A stretch of 64,000 nt of DNA from Candidatus Kaiserbacteria bacterium (GTDB taxonomy: Bacteria > Patescibacteriota > Minisyncoccia > Phycocordibacterales > UBA2100), in assembly GCA_016217965.1 (NCBI GenBank), contig JACRFI010000016.1, positions 65,837 through 129,836 of the forward strand, written 5' to 3'. Position numbers and translations under genes: made by a program. Position 1 is the first letter of the stretch, and every line of letters begins with the position of its first letter. Below the pieces are notes generated by a model. The model did no database searches. It had not been told where the DNA came from and saw only the letters and a program-made list of their open reading frames with translations. Shown here piece by piece: positions 56,821-64,000 of this stretch.

Positions 56821-56910
56821 CGGAGAGGGAGGGATTCGAACCCTCGATACGGTTTTACCCGTATAGCAAGTTAGCAACCTGCCGCACTAGACCAGCTATG
56901 CGACCTCTCC
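56821..56910 (-). tRNA. tRNA-Ser (anticodon GCU), class II with long variable arm
   Basis: Folded manually from the reverse complement: acceptor GGAGAGG/CCUCUCC, a 3-bp D-stem, anticodon loop UUGCUAA, a 20-nt variable arm, T-arm GAGGG-UUCGAAU-CCCUC, discriminator G. Confidence 0.85.
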
Positions 56911-56928
56911 TGTAGGGCGCATCGTACT

Positions 56929-57921
56929 TCAAGAAGCATACCTTTTCAAATGTTTTGGATTACTTGAGCCTACGATAGTCATGTATTTCTTCATATCTGC
57001 AATGCTATCAAGTCGGACATCGTAACCCGAAATTCTGGCTCTCATCCCGAGATCTGTCAGAATACGCGCTACCGTGTATTGCAGCGGTTGAGAGCGGCTG
57101 CAAAAAGAAAGTTTTTTATAGCTGTACAATTTTCCTTTAACTTTGTATGAATGAACAAATATTGAGCCATCTGTATCTACGAGTCCGCGAACACAGGCAA
57201 TCGTGAATTCTTTGTTTTTCTTTATCCATTCCGGAATATCGAATTGTTGCCGGACTTTATTGCCGATAGGGAGACCAAGTGAGTGAAGATATCTAACAAT
57301 TTCCAATCGAGACACGACAATGTTGTAGACTGAATCCTCAGGTATGTGGTAGAGGCTTGGTTTTATACGAAAAAGATCATTGATTCGCTTCGCAACGAAA
57401 TCGATATATTGACGATCATCGACATGATGGAGAGTGATGCATGCTTGATACTTGCTTAAACCGCCATCTCCCATCATCGTGCCAATGAATTCCGCAAGCT
57501 CAACGGATTTATGGGGCTTATAAATATCCTTCGCCTGAAATTGAAGCGGCTGGCGAAACTGACCAACCTTTTTCCACCATTTCTGCCACTTCTCTCTTCT
57601 AACTGTTTCGTCAACGGGGACTCGTCCATATTTCGCCATAACAGCTTGAGAGCCTTTTCTTCCCGCTCGACTTGTGTGTGCGTATCTGCTTCGAATTGTA
57701 ATGTTTTTAGGCAAAGGAACATATGCACGATGGGAAAGAGAGCGTGCACACGCTAATTGCATATTGAATTTCTCTCTTCGCCAGTCGCGTATTGTTCGTG
57801 GTGAACATAAGCATATCTTTGCGATTTTCTCGACAGAATACTTCTTTTCAACCGTTTCGATGAACGCTCGTTGGGCGCCAGATTTAAAAACCGCTATCCC
57901 ATCTTTCAACGGTCCTGTCAC
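56929..57921 (-). CDS. free-standing LAGLIDADG-family homing-endonuclease-like protein
   Basis: Two LAGLIDADG motifs: LAEFIGTMMGDGGL and IACVRGLVDTDGSI. It lies immediately beside the tRNA-Ser gene. Confidence 0.6.
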   Translation of the reverse strand: MTGPLKDGIAVFKSGAQRAFIETVEKKYSVEKIAKICLCSPRTIRDWRREKFNMQLACARSLSHRAYVPLPKNITIRSRYAHTSRAGRKGSQAVMAKYGRVPVDETVRREKWQKWWKKVGQFRQPLQFQAKDIYKPHKSVELAEFIGTMMGDGGLSKYQACITLHHVDDRQYIDFVAKRINDLFRIKPSLYHIPEDSVYNIVVSRLEIVRYLHSLGLPIGNKVRQQFDIPEWIKKNKEFTIACVRGLVDTDGSIFVHSYKVKGKLYSYKKLSFCSRSQPLQYTVARILTDLGMRARISGYDVRLDSIADMKKYMTIVGSSNPKHLKRYAS

Positions 57922-57974
57922 CTCTCCATTTTATCCATAAAACCGCTTAGCATCGATGGTAAGTGGTGGATAAA

Positions 57975-58613
57975 TTATGCACGAGCGAGCGCGATTGCCG
58001 TCACCGTCGCACCCTCCTTTTCCAGCGCCATAGCCGCTTCAGCGAGGGTAGCGCCGGTCGTAGTTACATCGTCGATAATCATGGCGTGGTAATCATGCAT
58101 TGTGCCGCGAGCGGCGAACGCGCCAGCAACATTCTTTAGTCGTTCCGAGCGAGAAAGGCGAGTTTGCTGCGGTGTCGCTCGTGTGCGCGAGAGTAAATCG
58201 GCTGCTATGCGAGACACTGTCCCATCTCGAAATTCTTCTGGTAATTGCTGGAGCACGACTTCAATCTGGTTAAACCCGCGTTCCGCAACACGTGATGCGT
58301 GTAGCGGAACGGGGACGAGAATGACCTGCTTTGCCGAAAACATGCGGATACTTGCGATCTCTTCTTGTAAATATTCGGCGAGAACATCGGCGAGAATCTG
58401 TGCCGCATGGGTTGCTCTGTCGTATTTCAGCGCGCGAATGAGATCGTCGGCCGCTTTTGTGCGGTATGACATCAGTGTCGTTATCTCTACGCCATAGGCA
58501 TCATGTTGTGACGGGGATACCGCAAGATCCACCATGGAATACGAATCGATTCGAACCACTCGCTCTTTGCGGGGGAGTATGGTGTCCAGGAGCGTCTGAA
58601 AAAATCGCAACAT
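57975..58613 (-). CDS. comFC: ComF family phosphoribosyltransferase-domain protein
   Basis: ...HAMIIDDVTTTGATL... PRTase motif and an N-terminal ComF-like region. Confidence 0.7.
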   Translation of the reverse strand: MLRFFQTLLDTILPRKERVVRIDSYSMVDLAVSPSQHDAYGVEITTLMSYRTKAADDLIRALKYDRATHAAQILADVLAEYLQEEIASIRMFSAKQVILVPVPLHASRVAERGFNQIEVVLQQLPEEFRDGTVSRIAADLLSRTRATPQQTRLSRSERLKNVAGAFAARGTMHDYHAMIIDDVTTTGATLAEAAMALEKEGATVTAIALARA

Positions 58614-58680
58614 GGTACTATCATTGCACCTGCCCCGTTAGAGGCTATACAAATCGCTAGCGGAGTGTGAATACAAAAGT

Positions 58681-59049
58681 ATGTCTTATTCAAACGGTTC
58701 TCAAAAGGCGATGCGCTCTAATGGGGTGGACCTAACGCAGAAGAAGTGCATTCCGTGCGAGGTCGGTACGATTCCGCTTTCGCGTGAACAAGCAGAGGAG
58801 CTCCTGGCGCAGACGCCTGGGTGGGAGCTCGATGAAGACGCAAAGGAGATAGAGAGAAAGTTCAAATTCAAGGATTTCAAGGAAGCGCTTCTATTCGCAA
58901 ACAAGGTCGGAAGGATTGCGGAGGCCGAGGGGCATCATCCGGACATGAAGATAGGGTGGGGAAAGGTAAAAGTCGAACTTTCCACCCATGCAATCAAAGG
59001 ACTTTCCGAGAACGATTTCATACTTGCGGCGAAGATAGATGCGTTGTGA
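58681..59049 (+). CDS. pterin-4-alpha-carbinolamine dehydratase (DCoH family)
   Basis: ...EGHHPDMKIGWGKVKVELSTHAIKGLSENDFILAAKID... Confidence 0.7.
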   Translation: MSYSNGSQKAMRSNGVDLTQKKCIPCEVGTIPLSREQAEELLAQTPGWELDEDAKEIERKFKFKDFKEALLFANKVGRIAEAEGHHPDMKIGWGKVKVELSTHAIKGLSENDFILAAKIDAL

Positions 59050-59170
59050 ATGCTTGACGCTTTGCAAAATCCGCTCGTGGTACAATAACGGTCTCATGCG
59101 TGCTGAGGTCTTTTTGAGTTGGATTGCATTTTCTAGAAACTACAAGTCACTGGCTCCAGGCTATTGATAT

Positions 59171-60322
59171 ATGGCTTTCAACTTTAGTCCACTGGCGCAA
59201 ATAAAATCTGCTCTCGGTTTGAAAAGCAGCGCTGGAAGTGTGCTAGGGATAGATATCGGTGCATCGTCCGCGAAAATAGTGCAACTCCGGTCAGCGCATG
59301 GCGCGGCAATACTTGAGACATACGGTGAGATTGCATTGGGACCATATGGGGACGTCGCGATAGGGAGGGCGGTCAAGTTGACGCCAGAAAAAACTGCAGA
59401 AGCTCTCGTGGATCTGATGCGGGAAGCAAATGTCACGTCAAGGGAGGGTGGCATCTCGATCCCGTTCTCTTCCAGCCTCATTTCCATTCTCGATATGCCA
59501 AAGGTGGATTCAGACCAGTTAAAACGCATGATCCCCATTGAGGCGAGGAAATATATCCCGCTTCCCGTATCAGAAGTCATGCTCGACTGGTTCGTTGTGC
59601 CGCATGACGAGCCGCAAGACGCCGCGTTTGATCGCATAGAGAAAGAAACGCAGATGCAAAAAAGCGGGCAGGAGGTCCTCTTGGTCGCTATCCATAACGA
59701 AACTGTGCGCGCATACCAGACCATCGCGGCCGAAACTGGGCTCTCCGTGCGCTTTTTTGAAATTGAGATATTCAGTGCCGTTCGTTCCTCGCTCCGATCG
59801 GGGGTCGCACCTATACTGGTGATAGACCTGGGTGCTGCAACGACAAAGATGTATATCGTGGAGCGTGGAATAGTCCGCACGACGCATCTTGTAACACACG
59901 GCGGGCAGCACATGAGCGAGAATTTAGCGCGCAGCCTCGGTTGGGAATTCGAAAAGGCGGAACGCGTAAAGAGGGAAAGGGGGCTCGCAGATTCATCCGC
60001 TTTCTCGACGGATGAGAATGACAAGATAAGGACGGCGTTGTTATCAACACTAGAACGGGTGTTTTCGGAAGCGAATCGGGTAGTATTGAGCTACGGGAAG
60101 CGATACAACAAGAATGTGTCGCACGCTGTCCTTACAGGCGGCGGGGCGTCGCTCCCTGGCCTTCCGGCGCACGCGAACCAATTGCTTCAGGTCGAAGTCG
60201 AGATATCCGACCCGTTCGGGCGCACGGAAACTCCCGCATTCCTCGATAAGGTATTGAAGGAAATTGGCCCGGGATTCGCGGTCGCAGTCGGGCTCGCACT
60301 CCGGGACTTGCAACATCGTTGA
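59171..60322 (+). CDS. pilM: type IV pilus assembly ATPase-fold protein PilM
   Basis: ...VLGIDIGASSAKIVQL..., an actin-like fold. Confidence 0.8.
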   Translation: MAFNFSPLAQIKSALGLKSSAGSVLGIDIGASSAKIVQLRSAHGAAILETYGEIALGPYGDVAIGRAVKLTPEKTAEALVDLMREANVTSREGGISIPFSSSLISILDMPKVDSDQLKRMIPIEARKYIPLPVSEVMLDWFVVPHDEPQDAAFDRIEKETQMQKSGQEVLLVAIHNETVRAYQTIAAETGLSVRFFEIEIFSAVRSSLRSGVAPILVIDLGAATTKMYIVERGIVRTTHLVTHGGQHMSENLARSLGWEFEKAERVKRERGLADSSAFSTDENDKIRTALLSTLERVFSEANRVVLSYGKRYNKNVSHAVLTGGGASLPGLPAHANQLLQVEVEISDPFGRTETPAFLDKVLKEIGPGFAVAVGLALRDLQHR

Positions 60323-60326
60323 TACC

Positions 60327-61016
60327 ATGGAAACCGGCATCAAATCATCGTTTATTCCTCATGACGCAACAGCGCCAGTTGCGGCGCGGGTATCTAGGGG
60401 CCCCGGATTTTCAGATCTTTTGATCCTCATCGCAATAGTGCTCTTGGTAGCGTCGCTTGCGCTTGCAACGGGCGTTTTCCTGTACGTCCAATACTTGCAG
60501 ACATCAACCGCGAGCAAGCTTCAGCAGCTTGAGCGCGCCAAGCAAGCGTTCGAGCCATCCCTCATACTGGAACTCACGCGCCTCGATGATAGGATGAGGG
60601 CCGCTGACAAGATACTTTCGTCACACATCGCACCCTCTGTCTTTTTTCACTTGCTTGAAAGCCTTACGCTCCAGACAGTCGCGTACTCGAACCTTGATTT
60701 TCAGGCAGCGGATTCACAAAACATGCGCATAAAAATGCATGGACTTGGGCAAAGCGTGAACTCCATCGCGCTCCAGGCAGATTACCTTTCAAAAAGCGGC
60801 GCAATAGCAAGCCCGATATTCTCAAACATTGACCGGCAAGCGAACGGCGTGAATTTTGACCTGACTGCCCTTGTGAATCCTACAGCGCTCAGCTACACGC
60901 AAGTTGCTGGGGCAGCTGCTCTCCCGCAGCAGCAAGAATTGCCGGATGAGAGCGGGTTTCCCTTTGCTCCGCAGAACGGTTTGCCGGAGAGCCCGCCTGC
61001 AGGCGAAGTTGACTAG
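60327..61016 (+). CDS. pilN: type IV pilus assembly protein PilN-like (single TM)
   Basis: Position after pilM, an N-terminal TM segment, and a coiled-coil region. Confidence 0.55.
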   Translation: METGIKSSFIPHDATAPVAARVSRGPGFSDLLILIAIVLLVASLALATGVFLYVQYLQTSTASKLQQLERAKQAFEPSLILELTRLDDRMRAADKILSSHIAPSVFFHLLESLTLQTVAYSNLDFQAADSQNMRIKMHGLGQSVNSIALQADYLSKSGAIASPIFSNIDRQANGVNFDLTALVNPTALSYTQVAGAAALPQQQELPDESGFPFAPQNGLPESPPAGEVD

Positions 61017-61019
61017 CAT

Positions 61020-61607
61020 ATGACACGTACCATCATAGCGATACTGGGCTTGACGATTGCTATCGCGGTGTTTTTCCTGTATACGAAGCCAACGTACGAT
61101 GATGCGAAGGCCTTCCAGACCACAATTTCGGAATACAATGGGGCGCTTGAGAAAGCGAGCGAACTTCAGCGTCTCAAGCAAGCGCTCCTCTCCCGATATA
61201 ACGCGTTCAATCCGTCCGATATAGACCGCTTGCACAAACTCCTTCCTGATCACGTTGATAACGTTCGCCTCGTGCTGGATTTGGACAATATTGCTCAACG
61301 CTACGGGCTTGCTCTGCAGAACGTCGTTGTCGGAGCGCCGAGCCAGACTACTGCTGCACCTGCGGGCGCGATCGGAAGTACCGATGCATTCGATTCTTTG
61401 ACGTTTAAGTTCTCGACAGAGGGGACGTACGCGAACTTTGTCCGATTCATGGAAGACTTGGAGCGCAGCCTTCGCATTGTTGATCTTGTGACGCTCACGA
61501 TGTCCAACACGGGAAGCGGGCAGAACGAGCAACAGAACGCGAAGGGTCCGCCGGTGGAGCCGACGTATCGTTTTGATGTCACGGTAAAAACATATTGGCT
61601 CAAGTGA
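61020..61607 (+). CDS. pilO: type IV pilus assembly protein PilO-like
   Basis: TM anchor and position in the cluster. Confidence 0.5.
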   Translation: MTRTIIAILGLTIAIAVFFLYTKPTYDDAKAFQTTISEYNGALEKASELQRLKQALLSRYNAFNPSDIDRLHKLLPDHVDNVRLVLDLDNIAQRYGLALQNVVVGAPSQTTAAPAGAIGSTDAFDSLTFKFSTEGTYANFVRFMEDLERSLRIVDLVTLTMSNTGSGQNEQQNAKGPPVEPTYRFDVTVKTYWLK

Positions 61608-61611
61608 TTGT

Positions 61612-61956
61612 ATGATGGAAATGCTCGCAAAAAATAAAATAGTAGTTGGGGGAATTGCCATTTTCGTTTTGGTTGGCGCGTGGTACGGCCTTTCCGGAAA
61701 CACTGAAGCGCCCGAACTTCTTGTCACAGAGGATTTCACCGTGCCTTCGAGCGAAGCCGACAAAGACCTTGTCACAACGCTCTTGCAGCTTCGTTCCGTG
61801 TCGCTTGAGGGCACTATCTTTTCCGACCCTCTCTTCCAGACCCTCGTGGACCATGGCAGCGATATAATACCGGAGCCGGTAGGGAGGCCGAATCCATTCG
61901 CGCCGCTGCTGTTCGGGCAATTTGCGTCGGGCACTCCCGCTTCCGTTGGGCGATAG
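61612..61956 (+). CDS. small TM protein in pilus cluster (PilP-like?)
   Basis: TM anchor; context only. Confidence 0.3.
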   Translation: MMEMLAKNKIVVGGIAIFVLVGAWYGLSGNTEAPELLVTEDFTVPSSEADKDLVTTLLQLRSVSLEGTIFSDPLFQTLVDHGSDIIPEPVGRPNPFAPLLFGQFASGTPASVGR

Positions 61957-61994
61957 GCTTCTCCGCGATGCTATAATCAGTTTTCTGAGGCCGG

Positions 61995-63743
61995 TTGATT
62001 GCCGAGCATTTTCATCAGCGTATGACACTTACACAAGGAGGAACATCACTCGGGGTAGCCGGGCAACCTGTTGCACCACAAGTTGAGACGGTGGTTGATG
62101 TGCCGGCTCGGGCCATTGGAGACACAAAAGTTCCATATGATGTCTTGAAAATGATTCCGCAGGAATCGGCGGAACACTACAAGTTCGTGCCCATAGCGCT
62201 CCAAGAAGGCGTCCTTGAGGTTGGCATGGTTGATCCGGATGATATCGAAGGCATTGATGCGTTGAATTTCATTGCGCGGAAAACAGGCGCTCCGTTCAAA
62301 GTGTTTCGCATCACTGAAGCGGACCTGACAAAAGTTCTCGGGATGTATCGGGTTCTCGGGGGAGATGTTGATCGCGCCGTATCTGATCTTGCCAGCGAAG
62401 TAAGCGATCGGCGAGAGGCCGATGTCGAATCAGACATTTCCATCTTGGCGCTCGATGATGGGAAACAAAAGACTTCAAACGCGCAATCGATACAGGAAGA
62501 CGCGCCTACTATCAAGATAGCTTCTACGATATTGCGTTACGCTGTTGATGGCGATGCTTCCGACATTCATATCGAGCCGACGGCGAAAGGGGTGCGTGTG
62601 CGGTATCGCGTCGACGGCGATCTACATACAAGCGTAATACTTCCTTTAAATACGCATCGTGCGCTCGTTGCGCGCATCAAGGTACTTGCGTCCATTCGCC
62701 TCGATGAACAGCGCAAACCGCAGGATGGCCGTTTCTCCGCCACTATTGCGGACAGGCAGATTGACTTCCGCGTCTCAACATTTCCGTCGACCAACGGTGA
62801 GAAAGTTGTTATCCGTATTCTTGATAGAGAGAGAGGATTCATACCGCTCGACCAAATCGGCCTCAGCCAGCGCAATTTGTCAGTCCTTAGAAATGCAATC
62901 TCTCAGCCGCACGGGCTCGTTCTCATATCGGGCCCCACAGGAAGCGGTAAATCGACGACACTCTACTCGATGCTCTCCGAGCTTGATCTGGAGCACAAGA
63001 ATGTGCTCTCGCTTGAGGACCCTGTCGAGTATTTCGTAGAGGGCATGACGCAATCGCAAGTGCGGCCGGAAATAGGGTACACGTTCGCAAACGGGCTTCG
63101 AACGACTCTGCGCCAAGACCCGGATATCATCATGGTGGGCGAGATTCGAGATTCCGAGACAGCAAAGCTTGCGGTCCAGGCTGCGCTAACTGGGCATTTG
63201 GTCTTATCGACCATTCACACAAATAATGCGGTTGGCACCGTCCCGCGACTCATAGACATGGGTGTCGAGCCGTATCTCATCCCGCCGGTTTTGATAGCAT
63301 CGGTTGCACAACGTCTTGTCCGGACGCTCTGTGAAGGAACAGGCAAGGCAACACCAATATCGCCATCCATCAGACAAAAGATAACGGATGAACTTCAAAG
63401 CCTTCCCAAAGAACACCGTTTTGAAATTCCCGACGTCATTCACGAGCCTGAACGCTCTCCTGGATGCACCACGGGCCTTCGCGGCCGCATGGCGGTGTTT
63501 GAGGTTCTGGAGATGACCTCCGAAGTGGAGCGCATTATTTTAAAAAGCCCGGTTGAATCAGAATTGTGGCGTGCGGCAAGGCAGCAGGGCATGCTCACGA
63601 TGCGCGAGGATGCTATGCTGAAATCATTCGGCAAGAAGGTTCCGTATTCAGAAGTTGAGACACTGAGCTCTGTCCTTCTTGCAGAAGACGAGCCGGCAAA
63701 AGTGCCAGAGCCTATTAAAGAAGTCGAGAGCACAACACCATGA
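61995..63743 (+). CDS. pilB: type IV pilus assembly ATPase PilB (GspE family)
   Basis: ...LVLISGPTGSGKSTTLYSML... Walker A, GspE N-terminal region, and tetracysteine-like region. Confidence 0.9.
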   Translation: MIAEHFHQRMTLTQGGTSLGVAGQPVAPQVETVVDVPARAIGDTKVPYDVLKMIPQESAEHYKFVPIALQEGVLEVGMVDPDDIEGIDALNFIARKTGAPFKVFRITEADLTKVLGMYRVLGGDVDRAVSDLASEVSDRREADVESDISILALDDGKQKTSNAQSIQEDAPTIKIASTILRYAVDGDASDIHIEPTAKGVRVRYRVDGDLHTSVILPLNTHRALVARIKVLASIRLDEQRKPQDGRFSATIADRQIDFRVSTFPSTNGEKVVIRILDRERGFIPLDQIGLSQRNLSVLRNAISQPHGLVLISGPTGSGKSTTLYSMLSELDLEHKNVLSLEDPVEYFVEGMTQSQVRPEIGYTFANGLRTTLRQDPDIIMVGEIRDSETAKLAVQAALTGHLVLSTIHTNNAVGTVPRLIDMGVEPYLIPPVLIASVAQRLVRTLCEGTGKATPISPSIRQKITDELQSLPKEHRFEIPDVIHEPERSPGCTTGLRGRMAVFEVLEMTSEVERIILKSPVESELWRAARQQGMLTMREDAMLKSFGKKVPYSEVETLSSVLLAEDEPAKVPEPIKEVESTTP

Positions 63744-64000
63744 CCGATACCACGCAACAACCGGCGAATGCGGGAGCAGCGGGCACGATCCTTCTTCTGG
63801 ATGACGACCATTTTCTCCTTGATATGTACAGCATGAAGTTCATGCAAAAAGGATTTACTGTCGAGGCATGCCAATCAACCGCTGAAGCCCTCGTAGCGCT
63901 TCGGGGCGGTGTGAAGCCGAGCGCGATCCTATTTGACATCGTGATGCCCGGAGAAGACGGATTCAGCTTCCTTTCTTCTGTGAAGGGAGAAAAATTGGCT
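63740..64000 (+). CDS. response-regulator receiver domain protein (3' end runs off window)
   Basis: The ATG at 63740 overlaps the pilB stop (ATGA). ...ILLLDDDHFLLDMYSMKFMQKGFTV...ILFDIVMPGEDGFSFL.... It is not in the ORF track because it is open to the window end. Confidence 0.55.
   Translation, partial: MTDTTQQPANAGAAGTILLLDDDHFLLDMYSMKFMQKGFTVEACQSTAEALVALRGGVKPSAILFDIVMPGEDGFSFLSSVKGEKLA

Noticed and set aside
56709-56915. 68-aa plus ORF
   Set aside because: Completely overlaps the tRNA-Ser(GCU) gene on the opposite strand.
1-64000. CRISPR arrays, IS elements or transposases, prophage integrases
   Set aside because: No regularly spaced direct repeats with unique spacers and no transposase- or integrase-like ORFs were seen. 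The repeats present are short dyad elements in intergenic spacers.

Overview
This window reads as a small-genome, CPR/Patescibacteria-like bacterium. The evidence is a ribosomal-protein superoperon with no L30 gene, long structured spacers between r-protein genes, type IV pilus and comFC genes, and several secreted cell-wall hydrolases and nucleases. The core is rplC-rplD-rplW-rplB-rpsS-rplV-rpsC-rplP-rpmC-rpsQ-rplN-rplX-rplE-rpsZ-rpsH-rplF-rplR-rpsE-rplO-secY, followed by gmk-adk-map-purD. Other housekeeping genes are infC-rpmI-rplT, smpB with a tmRNA gene, ftsH, prs, ribK/ribE/ribH, recG, thrC, tdh-kbl, cfa, lexA-dinB and a pilM/N/O-pilB cluster. Two tRNAs are present: one with a UAU anticodon (Ile-type) and tRNA-Ser(GCU). 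The most unusual content sits just upstream of the ribosomal operon at about 1.4-7.1 kb. It is a compact candidate TOMM/microcin-B17-like RiPP locus: a YcaO cyclodehydratase overlapping a SagB-type FMN dehydrogenase, and divergently a 128-aa ORF with a hydrophobic leader and a C-terminal 68-aa Gly/Ser/Cys/Asp-rich core (14 Cys), followed by a membrane-anchored peptidase-C39-like/TPR protein, a TPR protein and a YYQ-repeat Cys-rich membrane protein. Further signals are a consensus sigma70 promoter driving a roughly 430-nt GC-rich ORF-less transcript (candidate structured ncRNA), repeated dyad-symmetric elements in r-protein spacers, a LAGLIDADG endonuclease beside the tRNA-Ser gene, tandem M15 peptidase paralogs, and a large FtsK/TraD-like ATPase. 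All calls are from reading the sequence and the ORF translations by eye; no database searches were run.
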